64,000 nt of DNA from an uncultured Solirubrobacterales bacterium. Lineage in GTDB: Bacteria; Actinomycetota; Thermoleophilia; Solirubrobacterales; Solirubrobacteraceae. The position numbers and the translations under genes were made by a program. The stretch spans positions 2,886,700 to 2,950,699 of the forward strand of contig OY970168.1 in the NCBI GenBank assembly GCA_963706765.1, given 5' to 3'. Within the stretch, counting starts at the first letter, position 1. The number at the start of each line of letters is the position of its first letter. The notes under the pieces are model-generated. The model was given only the letters and a program-made list of their open reading frames with translations. It did no database searches and had not been told where the DNA came from. Below are positions 56,314-64,000 of this stretch, piece after piece.

Positions 56314-57134
56314 GCGATCCTCGCGGCGACGACGCCTCGGCCGACCCCGCGGCGCCCACCGGCGCGGGCGCACAGGCCGCCGATCTCGGCGGGGCTGGCA
56401 AGGGCCTCCGCTCAGCGGCCCAAGTGGCCCTGGTGACGGGAGCCAGCGGTGGGATCGGCGCCGCGATCTGCCGCGCGCTCGCCCCCAGCGTCGGAGCGCT
56501 GGCGATCGCCTATCGAGACGGCGCGCACGCCGCCGAGAGCCTGGCCGCGGAGATCGAGGCGGCCGGTACGCGGGCTTGCACGTTCGCGGCCGACATGGCG
56601 GACGCCGACGCTCCGGTGAGGCTCGTCGACGAGGTCGAGCAGCGACTCGGGCCGCCCGCGATCATGGTCGCCGCGCATGGCATCGCCAAGCAGGTCTCCT
56701 ACGAGCAGCTCGACGTCGACGCGTTCGACCGCACGGTCGCGATCAACCTGCGCGCGCCCTTCCTGCTCGCCCAGCGGGTGCTCGGGTCGATGCGCGAGCA
56801 GCGCTTCGGGCGGATCCTGTTCATCTCCTCGACCGCAGCGCTGCGCGGCGGAATGATCGGTCCCGACTACGCGGCGTCCAAGTCCGGGCTGCACGGGCTC
56901 GCGCACTTCCTGGCGGCGCGCGTGGCAGCCGACGGGGTGACCGTCAACGTGCTCGCGCCCGGATACGTTCAGACGGCAATGCTGCCCGGCGATCCCGCCG
57001 AGCTCGGAGCGCGGGTCCCGGCAGGGCGCGTGGGTCAACCGGACGAGATCGCAGACTTCGCGGTGGCGATCCTGCGCAACGGCTTTCTGACGAGCAAGGT
57101 GCTGACGATCGACGGCGGCATTCATCCACGCTGA
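56310..57134 (+). CDS. SDR family oxidoreductase (FabG-like)
   Basis: TGASGGIG, YAASK, NVLAPG. Confidence 0.92.
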   Translation: MSDPRGDDASADPAAPTGAGAQAADLGGAGKGLRSAAQVALVTGASGGIGAAICRALAPSVGALAIAYRDGAHAAESLAAEIEAAGTRACTFAADMADADAPVRLVDEVEQRLGPPAIMVAAHGIAKQVSYEQLDVDAFDRTVAINLRAPFLLAQRVLGSMREQRFGRILFISSTAALRGGMIGPDYAASKSGLHGLAHFLAARVAADGVTVNVLAPGYVQTAMLPGDPAELGARVPAGRVGQPDEIADFAVAILRNGFLTSKVLTIDGGIHPR

Positions 57135-57143
57135 TCGGCCCGC

Positions 57144-58598
57144 TCAGGCGCTGACCATCGGCCGCGCCTCGGTCTCGGCCCGCAGCTGCTCGCCCGCCCT
57201 GCGCGCGGTCGCAAGTGCCCAGCGCCCGGTGGTCGCGAGCCCGATTGCGAGCACCGCCAAGCCGCAGCCGGCGATCGTCCACCAGGCGGTGTGGCTCGCG
57301 CTCGCGAGCTGCGGACCGATGCCGGCGACTGTGGCCGCGCCGACAATCGAGCCGCTCACCGCCACGCCGAGCGCCTGCCCGATCTGGCGGCTCGTCGAGG
57401 CGATCGCGGCGGCTACGCCGGCCTGGTTGTTCGGCATCCCCGAGACCGCTGTGTATGTGATCGGCGAGTTGACCGTGCCGAAGCCCGCGCCGAAGATCGC
57501 ATAGGCCGCCAGCAGCAGCGCGAGCGGCGTCGTGGTCGTGAGCCCGGTGAGCATCACGGCGGCGGCGAACATGCACGCCCCCGCCAGCACCAGCGGTGCC
57601 CGCGGCCCACGGCCGCCGACGACGCGTCCCGACAGCGGACTGCACACGAGCGCCATCACCGCCATCGGCAGCGTGCACAGCCCTGCCTGCAGCGCCGAGT
57701 AGCCACGCACGTCCTGCAGGTAGAGCGTGTTCAGGAACAGGAAGCCGCCGAACGCGGCGAACGCGCAGACCGCGATCACGGTCGCGCCGGAGAAGGGCGC
57801 GCTGCGAAAGAATCGCAGCTCGACGAGCGGGTCGGTGCGGCGCGGCTCGTACAGCAGGAGCGCCACGAGCGCAGCTGCGGAGAGCGCAAACGTGCCGACG
57901 ATCTGCGGCGAGGACCACGAGGCGTGCGGCCCCTCGATCACCGCATAGGTGAGCGAGGCGAGCATCACGATCACGAGCACCTGTCCGACGGGGTCCACGC
58001 GGCGCGGCCGGGCGGCGCGCGATTCGGGCACGTAGCGGGCGGCGAGCGCGAACGCGCTCAGGCCGATCGGGACGTTGATCCAGAAGATCGACCGCCAGCC
58101 GACCGTCTCGGTCAGCGCGCCGCCGAGCACCGGACCGAGCGCGAGGCTCACGCCCACGACCGCGCCCCACGCGCCGATCGCGCGCCCGCGCTCGCGGGGA
58201 TCGGTGAAGACGTTGGTGATGATCGACATCGCGACCGGGTTGAGCATCGAGCCGCCGACCGCCTGCAGCATCCGCGCGCCGATCAGCCAATCGAGTCCCG
58301 GCGCGAGGCTGCACAGCAGCGAGCCGCTCGCGAACACCAGCAGCCCCGTCTGGAAGATGCGTCGACGCCCGAGGCGGTCGGCGGTCGAGCCGGCGAGCAG
58401 CAGAAGGCTTGCGAGCACGATCGTGTAGGCGTCGATCGTCCACTGCAGTCCCGACAGCGAGGCATGCAGGTCGTGGCCGATCGAGGGCAGCGCTACGTTC
58501 ACGATCGTGTTGTCGATCGCGACCAGCAGCAGGCTCATGCAGCAGATCGCGAGGACCACCAGGCGTCTGCGATGGCTGAGCTCGGTCGTCGGCGTCAC
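57144..58598 (-). CDS. MFS transporter, DHA2 family
   Basis: IDNTIVNVALP, DRLGRRR, GPVLGG. Confidence 0.95.
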   Translation of the reverse strand: MTPTTELSHRRRLVVLAICCMSLLLVAIDNTIVNVALPSIGHDLHASLSGLQWTIDAYTIVLASLLLLAGSTADRLGRRRIFQTGLLVFASGSLLCSLAPGLDWLIGARMLQAVGGSMLNPVAMSIITNVFTDPRERGRAIGAWGAVVGVSLALGPVLGGALTETVGWRSIFWINVPIGLSAFALAARYVPESRAARPRRVDPVGQVLVIVMLASLTYAVIEGPHASWSSPQIVGTFALSAAALVALLLYEPRRTDPLVELRFFRSAPFSGATVIAVCAFAAFGGFLFLNTLYLQDVRGYSALQAGLCTLPMAVMALVCSPLSGRVVGGRGPRAPLVLAGACMFAAAVMLTGLTTTTPLALLLAAYAIFGAGFGTVNSPITYTAVSGMPNNQAGVAAAIASTSRQIGQALGVAVSGSIVGAATVAGIGPQLASASHTAWWTIAGCGLAVLAIGLATTGRWALATARRAGEQLRAETEARPMVSA

Positions 58599-58669
58599 GT
58601 CGCGTTAGTTGTAGCGTCGGCACGCCAGCTCACCGCCCGCGCCGGCGCCCTGCCCGGTTGGGCCGGCTG

Positions 58670-60475
58670 TCAGGAATTACGCCGCGATGCGACGTGGGCG
58701 GCGAGGATCGCGATGTCATCGCGCGCCCCATCGTCGAGGTCGACGAGCTCGAGCAGCGCGTCGATCACGTCCTCGGCGAGCATCTGCGAGCCTTCGCCGA
58801 GCCTCGCGATCATCTCCTGCACGCTCACCATCCGCTCGGGGGCGTGAGCCTCGGCGAGGCCGTCGGTGTACAGCGCCAGCGTGTCGCCCGGCTGCAGGAT
58901 CGTCGAGGCGTTCTCGATCACGGGATCGTCGAACACGCCGAGCAGCGTCCCGCGCTCGCCGAGCTCCGCCGTTCCGCCAGCGGCGCGCGTCACCAGCGCC
59001 GGCGGGTGCCCGGCGGCGGCGAGCGTCACGTTCACCTCGGGGCCCGACAGGCCGAAGCGGGCGAGGATCGCGGTCGCGAAGCGGCCCTCGAAGTCCTGCT
59101 TGAGCATCGCCTCGTTGATCTCCGCGAGCACGTCGGCGGGATGCTCGCGCTCGCGCGCCAGCGCGAGCGTGGTGTGGCGCAGGAAGCCGGTCAGCGCAGC
59201 CGCTTCGGCGCCCTTGCCGCATACGTCTCCGACGACGAGCCAGCAGCTGTCGCGATCGGCGAACACGTCATAGAAGTCGCCCCCGACTTCGTTGCCGGCT
59301 CCCATCGGGCGAAAGAAGCTCGCCAGCTCGAGGCCCGGGATCGCCGGCAGCTCCGCCGGCATCAGGCTCCGGCGCAGGGTCTTTGCGACTTCCGCCCGCT
59401 CCTCGTACAGCCGCGCGTTGTCGTAGGCGAGCGCCGCGCGACCGCTCAGATCCTCGAGGATCGCGAGCTGGCCGGGGTCGAAGCGAGCGCCGCTGCGCAG
59501 CCGCAGGAACGAGATCGTGCCGAGCAGCCGCCCGCGCGCGACCATCGGGAACACCGCCGCCGAGCGGTAACCGGCTTCGCGCATGAAACGGCGGTGCTCA
59601 TCGCTCTGGGCCACCAGCCCGAGCGTCACGGAGTCGTGCAGATCGGCGACGAGGTAGGGCTTGCGGTCGCGCAGCACATGTGCGACCGGGTGCGTGCCGT
59701 CGAGGTCGGGCCGGTAGATCTCGCGCAACCGTTCGACCTCCGTCGCGATGCGCGGATCGATCGCTGCTGCGACCGTATTGGTGATCGTCGCGCTCAGGTC
59801 CACGACGTCGATCACGCACAGCTCGGCGAGTTCCGGCACGGCGGTGTTCGCGATCCGCCGCAGCGTCTGGCGCGGATCGAGCGAGCTGTCGAGCTGCGCG
59901 GTCGCTGCCGTCAGGAATTCCAGTCGCCAGCGCTGTTCGCGCATGCGTTCAAGCGCGATGTGCACGACGCTCAAGGCCAGCAGCGCGAGCACGATGCCGA
60001 CGCACGCGATCGCGCCGAATGTGCTCGAGACGTCGCTGTATACGAGCGGCGCCAGGAACCCGACCAGGCCGGCGAAGGAGATCAGCAGAAAGCGCACCCG
60101 CGGCTGAAACGCGGCCGCGTGGCCGATCGCGAAGAAGTAGATCAGCCCGAACGGGCTGCTGCCGCCGCCGGTCGACGCGCACAGGACCGCCACGAGCACG
60201 ACTCCCCACAGGTCTGCGAACCACGCCAGCAGCAGTCCGCCGCGACGCTCTATGTAGGCGAGCACCAGCAACGTCGCCGTGAGGATCGCCGAGGCTGCGA
60301 CCGCGATCACCCCGGCCGGCGAGCTCACGTCGGGAAGCAGCACCGAGGTCGCCGTCAGCGCGGCGCCGACCGCGTACAGACCCGCCGCGCTGATCACGGC
60401 CGCGTGCGCTTCGCGATCGTTGACCCGCCCCGCTGGCCCGGCGCTCACCATCGCCAATTCACGGCCGACAGTCAT
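58670..60475 (-). CDS. Membrane-bound GAF + SpoIIE/PP2C (RsbU-like) phosphatase; start approximate
   Basis: N-terminal TM bundle, GAF region, VGGDFYD, VGDVCGKG, AGHPP, YTDGL, DDIAIL. Confidence 0.9.
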   Translation of the reverse strand: MTVGRELAMVSAGPAGRVNDREAHAAVISAAGLYAVGAALTATSVLLPDVSSPAGVIAVAASAILTATLLVLAYIERRGGLLLAWFADLWGVVLVAVLCASTGGGSSPFGLIYFFAIGHAAAFQPRVRFLLISFAGLVGFLAPLVYSDVSSTFGAIACVGIVLALLALSVVHIALERMREQRWRLEFLTAATAQLDSSLDPRQTLRRIANTAVPELAELCVIDVVDLSATITNTVAAAIDPRIATEVERLREIYRPDLDGTHPVAHVLRDRKPYLVADLHDSVTLGLVAQSDEHRRFMREAGYRSAAVFPMVARGRLLGTISFLRLRSGARFDPGQLAILEDLSGRAALAYDNARLYEERAEVAKTLRRSLMPAELPAIPGLELASFFRPMGAGNEVGGDFYDVFADRDSCWLVVGDVCGKGAEAAALTGFLRHTTLALAREREHPADVLAEINEAMLKQDFEGRFATAILARFGLSGPEVNVTLAAAGHPPALVTRAAGGTAELGERGTLLGVFDDPVIENASTILQPGDTLALYTDGLAEAHAPERMVSVQEMIARLGEGSQMLAEDVIDALLELVDLDDGARDDIAILAAHVASRRNS

Positions 60476-60650
60476 CGTCACTGGCTGACTCACTTCCCCC
60501 TGGTCCCTTCTCCCCGGAACCCAGGCATGACTTGGCATGGGCCCGGTTTCATCGCTCATGTCAATGGTATGCCGATCAACTTCCCGCGACGCCTGCTGCG
60601 CGGGCTCTTGCGGGCGCGTCGTCGCACCGAAGCCAACCGCCTGCTGCGGT

Positions 60651-60720
60651 GCGGCCGGCGCATGCGCCGGCCGCGGGGCCGCGCATGCGCGGCCCCGAGC
60701 CGCGCCGCATGCGGCGCGGC
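60651..60720. repeat. Second triplet of CATG-centred perfect palindromes (24, 24, 22 bp)
   Basis: GCGGCCGGCGCATGCGCCGGCCGC; CGGGGCCGCGCATGCGCGGCCCCG; GCCGCGCCGCATGCGGCGCGGC. Confidence 0.9.
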
Positions 60721-60805
60721 CATTGCGGGTATCGGCCGTTTGGAATCGAGCGCGCGAGGACAGCGCGCGGCTGGCGTGCACGTGCGATCGGAGGATGATT
60801 GGGGC

Positions 60806-61462
60806 ATGCGGTTCGCCGATCGTCGTGACGCCGGCAGGCAGCTCGCGGCCGAGCTTCAGCCGCTCGCGCGCGAGCACCCGGTGGTGGTGGCGTTGCCGCG
60901 CGGCGGCATCCCCGTGGGGTACGAGGTGGCGCGGGCGCTGGCCGCGCCGCTCGAGATCATCGCCGTGCGAAAGCTTGGCGCGCCCGGTAACGACGAGCTC
61001 GCGGTCGGCGCCGTCGCCGAGGACGGCACGGGCGTGCTCGATCGCGACTCGGCGGCGAGATTCGGGATGACCGACGCGATGCTCCAGGCGCGAGTGAGCG
61101 AACGCTCGCGCGAGCTCAAGCGCCACGTCGAGCGCTACCGTCGCGGCCGCGAGCCGCTGACGCTCGAGGGTCGGACCGTGATCCTCGTCGATGACGGCCT
61201 CGCGACTGGGCTCAGCGACCTGGCCGCGCTGCGCGCGCTGCGCGCTCGCGGTGCCGCCCGGATCGTGCTCGCGGTGCCCGTCGGAGCGCGCGAGTCGATC
61301 GCGAGGCTGGCACATGAGGCTGACACGATCGCGTGCCTGCTTGCGCCGCAGTTCCTCGGCAACGTGGGGGCCTGGTACGAGGACTTCGCCGCGGTCACCG
61401 ACGAGGAGGCCCTCGCCCTGCTCGCGCGCGCGTCCAGCGGCGCCGAGGTTGGTGCCGACTGA
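60806..61462 (+). CDS. Phosphoribosyltransferase family protein
   Basis: FADRRDAG, LPRGG, VRKLGAP, VDDGLATG. Confidence 0.92.
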   Translation: MRFADRRDAGRQLAAELQPLAREHPVVVALPRGGIPVGYEVARALAAPLEIIAVRKLGAPGNDELAVGAVAEDGTGVLDRDSAARFGMTDAMLQARVSERSRELKRHVERYRRGREPLTLEGRTVILVDDGLATGLSDLAALRALRARGAARIVLAVPVGARESIARLAHEADTIACLLAPQFLGNVGAWYEDFAAVTDEEALALLARASSGAEVGAD

Positions 61463-61477
61463 CGATGGCGTGATCGG

Positions 61478-62041
61478 TCACGTGCGCGACGCGAGCGCTC
61501 GGACGATGAACTGCCCCTTCGCCTCGGTGTATGCCTCGCGGTCGTCCCTGTGCCTCTGTGCCAGGTCGTGCTTGAGCTGCGCGTATTCGAGCGCCAGGCC
61601 CGGGTCCGCGCGCAGCGCGTCGCAGAACGCCAGCTCCTGCTCATAGCGTGGCGAGCCGGTGGGGATCAGATGCAGGTGGTGCGTGCGCCGAGCGGGGGAG
61701 GGCTTGCAGAACCAGTGCATCTCGCTCGCGCGATAGGGCGCGTAGAGGTAGCCGAGATCGAGCAGCGGCACGCGGCTGGGCCACGAGGCCTCGAGGCTCT
61801 GTACGCCGACGAGGATGTCGATCACCGGCTTGGCGTCGAGGCCCTCCACAGCGGTGCTGCCGACGTGATGGATGCCCCCCGTGATCCAGTCCGAGATCGC
61901 CGCGTCGAGCAGCCGGCGCTCCTGAGCAAAGAGCTTCGCCCAGGCGGGATCGTGCGCGACGATTCGCACCGGTTCGTCCTGCGGCTGCGACTCACCTGGA
62001 CGCTGCTGATGCTGCTGGTTGGGGTCTCGATCGTCTGTCAT
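61478..62041 (-). CDS. GrpB / UPF0157 nucleotidyltransferase-fold protein
   Basis: HVGSTAVEGLDAKPVIDI, HHLHL, YAQLK, YTEAK. Confidence 0.92.
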   Translation of the reverse strand: MTDDRDPNQQHQQRPGESQPQDEPVRIVAHDPAWAKLFAQERRLLDAAISDWITGGIHHVGSTAVEGLDAKPVIDILVGVQSLEASWPSRVPLLDLGYLYAPYRASEMHWFCKPSPARRTHHLHLIPTGSPRYEQELAFCDALRADPGLALEYAQLKHDLAQRHRDDREAYTEAKGQFIVRALASRT

Positions 62042-62109
62042 GCTCACGCCGCTAGGCTGCCGTGAATGATCCCGGACGAGGGCTGAAGCGTTGCGGTATC
62101 TGCCTGGGC

Positions 62110-62237
62110 CTTGAACCGCGACCGGCCCCCTGCGGGCGCCGGCGCGAGCCAGGGCCGCTTCCTGCGCGACGGCGACACGCTCGAAGTGGGACATCGAGCG
62201 GCTGGACACGCTCGTGAACCGCGTCCGCGCTCGGTGA
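62110..62237 (+). pseudogene. Remnant of a fumarylacetoacetate-hydrolase-family C-terminus
   Basis: Correcting two frameshifts gives ATG(T)PAGAG...FLRDGDTLEVDIERLDTLVNRV*, matching the family pattern TGTPxGVG...LxxGDxVEVEIExLGxLxNxV. Confidence 0.6.
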
Positions 62238-62295
62238 CGCCGGGCCTGACTGGCCAGAGCGTCGGGCAGCTTCCGCCGAGCGGCATGCCTCGCTG

Positions 62296-62976
62296 CTAAG
62301 CGCGCGGGAACGCCTCCAGGAGTGTTCGCGCCAGCTCCTCGATCGCCGCCATCTCGAGCGCGCCCGGAGCCTTCAGCCGTCGCACGAGACCTCTGCGGCT
62401 CAGCAGCAGATGGCCGCCGGGGCCACGCGTGCGCAGGGGCAGCTCAGCCCGCGTGAAGCACAGGACGCTCCACACCGGCACACCTGTATGGGCGCTGGCA
62501 AGCGCATCCCCGACCGCAGCGACCTGGCGGCTGAGGCCTTCGACGAGAGCGTCGGCGTTGCGGCCGTCGATCCGCAGCGAGGGCGTCCCGAGCAGAGGCG
62601 CATCGACTCCGACCCTTCCATTGTGGCCCTTGGTGTCGATCACGAACACCCCCGACCGCGCGATCGCGAGATGGTCGATGTTGCCTCGACCCGGTGGCAC
62701 CCGCCGATCGTGCAGCACGATCACCTCGCTTCTGGCCGCGCACCACTCCAGCACCTGTGCCACCGCGCGCTCCTGCAGGGCGCCTTCGCGAAACGCGATC
62801 TCGTGGACGGGGGCGTCGCGCAGCGCCAGCAGCAGCCCTCCGATGCGCGGGTGAACCTCGCGCGTGCGTGCTTCACGCTTGCGCTTGCGACGCTCATACT
62901 CGCGCTCGGCACTCGCGCCGGCACTGCCGCGGTCGAACGGACCCAGAAGTGTCGCACGCGACTGCACGAGTTCCAT
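62296..62976 (-). CDS. NERD (nuclease-related domain) protein
   Basis: EGALQE, VLHDRRVP, NIDHLAIARSGVFVIDTK. Confidence 0.88.
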   Translation of the reverse strand: MELVQSRATLLGPFDRGSAGASAEREYERRKRKREARTREVHPRIGGLLLALRDAPVHEIAFREGALQERAVAQVLEWCAARSEVIVLHDRRVPPGRGNIDHLAIARSGVFVIDTKGHNGRVGVDAPLLGTPSLRIDGRNADALVEGLSRQVAAVGDALASAHTGVPVWSVLCFTRAELPLRTRGPGGHLLLSRRGLVRRLKAPGALEMAAIEELARTLLEAFPRA

Positions 62977-63133
62977 ATCGTCGAACAGATCGTCAGACTT
63001 TACTTCGAGCGAGGACTGGGATGAGCTGTTGCGCTCGCCCGACGCAGCTCGCCCGAACCGCCCTCGCCGGCGGCGCTCGCCGATCAGGCGCGGGGCGAGC
63101 GCGTTCCGTTCTCGGCCCGCGGCGTCGCCGCCG

Positions 63134-63799
63134 CTATGGGACAGCCGGCACGACCGCCACCGGCTGCGAGGCGGGCTCGAGCTCGGAGGTCTCGAAGCTC
63201 GGCCGATCGAGCATGCGCACGTCGGAGAACGTCTCCAGGAAGGCGTCAGCGGGTTCGAGGAAGCCGATCCGCGGAGTGCGGTAGTGCATCGGGACGACCC
63301 AGCGCGGGCTCAGCTGATCGACGATCGTGCGCGCCTGTGCGGCGTCGGCGGTCGGGCCACCGCCGACTGGCATGAACAGCAGCTCGACCGCGCCGATCGC
63401 CGCCGCCTGCTCGTCGCGCAGAGCGCTCTGGCCGAAGTCGCCGAAGTGGCAGACGCGGATGCCGTCGAGGTCGAACACGAAGATCGTGTTCGGACCCCGC
63501 ATCGTGCCCGCCTGCGGATCGTGCTCGGAGGCGACCGCGACCACCTCTCCGATCGGCGAGTCGAGCCGACCCGCGGTAGAGCGCAGGATCGCCGGCTCCC
63601 CGTCGACGACGTGGACCGCGTTGTGGTCGCCATGCTCGTGTGTCACCAGCAGCAGATCCGCGCGCGCGCCCGCGATCGGCGGGTACTCGAACTGCACTCC
63701 GTGGCCGGCCAGCGCCTCGCCGTCGAAGGGATCGACGATGACAGACGCCTGCGGCGAAACGAGGCTGAAGCCGGACTGGCCGTACCACTCAACGCGCAT
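63134..63799 (-). CDS. MBL-fold metallo-hydrolase (Lactamase_B_3-like)
   Basis: WYGQS, DPF, THEHGDH, HFGD, PMHY. Confidence 0.92.
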   Translation of the reverse strand: MRVEWYGQSGFSLVSPQASVIVDPFDGEALAGHGVQFEYPPIAGARADLLLVTHEHGDHNAVHVVDGEPAILRSTAGRLDSPIGEVVAVASEHDPQAGTMRGPNTIFVFDLDGIRVCHFGDFGQSALRDEQAAAIGAVELLFMPVGGGPTADAAQARTIVDQLSPRWVVPMHYRTPRIGFLEPADAFLETFSDVRMLDRPSFETSELEPASQPVAVVPAVP

Positions 63800-64000
63800 G
63801 CTGCTCCTCTCGGGTTGGAAGCTCGGGGATCGGCACCGTCTCGAGGCGCCGCGCGGCGACGCCGTCGCTCGACGGCTCGTCGCTGTGGTGATACTTGCCG
63901 CCCCGCAGCAGCGAGGCGCCGGCTGCGATCAGGCACGCGACGATCGCGAAGGTGAACGCCTCGTGGAGCCCCGCTTCAAACGGGCCCGAGATCAGCGCCG
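63789..64000 (-). CDS. 3' end of a probable MFS transporter (starts beyond window)
   Basis: Manual translation LISGPFEAGLHEAFTFAIVACLIAAGASLLRGGKY...; stop overlaps the MBL gene start. Confidence 0.65.
   Translation of the reverse strand, partial: ALISGPFEAGLHEAFTFAIVACLIAAGASLLRGGKYHHSDEPSSDGVAARRLETVPIPELPTREEQHAR

Noticed and set aside
34568-57134. Integrative element or prophage at the tRNAs
   Set aside because: No integrase, transposase or phage gene, and no duplicated tRNA 3' end was seen by eye.
58658-60805. 934-aa plus-strand ORF as a phosphatase-PRTase fusion
   Set aside because: The upstream part is the antisense shadow of the RsbU-like gene; only 60806-61462 codes for the PRTase.
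62975-63002. Second sigma28-like promoter (TAAA-N16-GACGATA) before the NERD gene
   Set aside because: The -10 element has a mismatch and overlaps the annotated ATG; too weak to call without TSS data.

Overview
Very GC-rich actinobacterial chromosomal segment. Gene content and style resemble Thermoleophilia/Solirubrobacterales (inference only). Most of it is core or soil-adaptive metabolism: an ethylmalonyl-CoA module (ccr, ecm/meaA, meaB), clpS, a MarR/MFS pair, an S53 protease with a probable 1-bp frameshift, catalase, a coenzyme F420 gene set (fbiC, cofE, cofC, cofD, npdG) interleaved with a carotenoid oxygenase/PadR pair and a sulfotransferase, acyl-CoA catabolic genes, five tRNAs, rpiA, VKOR/DsbA and an orphan DNA methyltransferase. 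Two accessory loci stand out. (1) A low-GC pilV/W/X-like type IV minor-pilin cassette lies between tRNA-Leu and tRNA-Trp. It has a FliA/sigma28-type promoter match, and its PilX-like protein carries a Thr/Pro linker plus a repeat domain with 21 Cys. (2) A co-oriented cluster runs PadR, degenerate ABC ATPase, intact ABC ATPase, FtsX permease, YtpB-like (DUF2600) terpene cyclase, IclR, methyltransferase, SDR. Non-coding features include a 14-copy 24-bp tandem array, two distant triplets of CATG-centred perfect palindromes with the same 24/24/22 layout, and an AT-rich long hairpin. No CRISPR, integrase, transposase or rRNA was recognised. Many start codons were re-assigned by eye and are approximate, and family calls rest on recognised motifs, not database searches.
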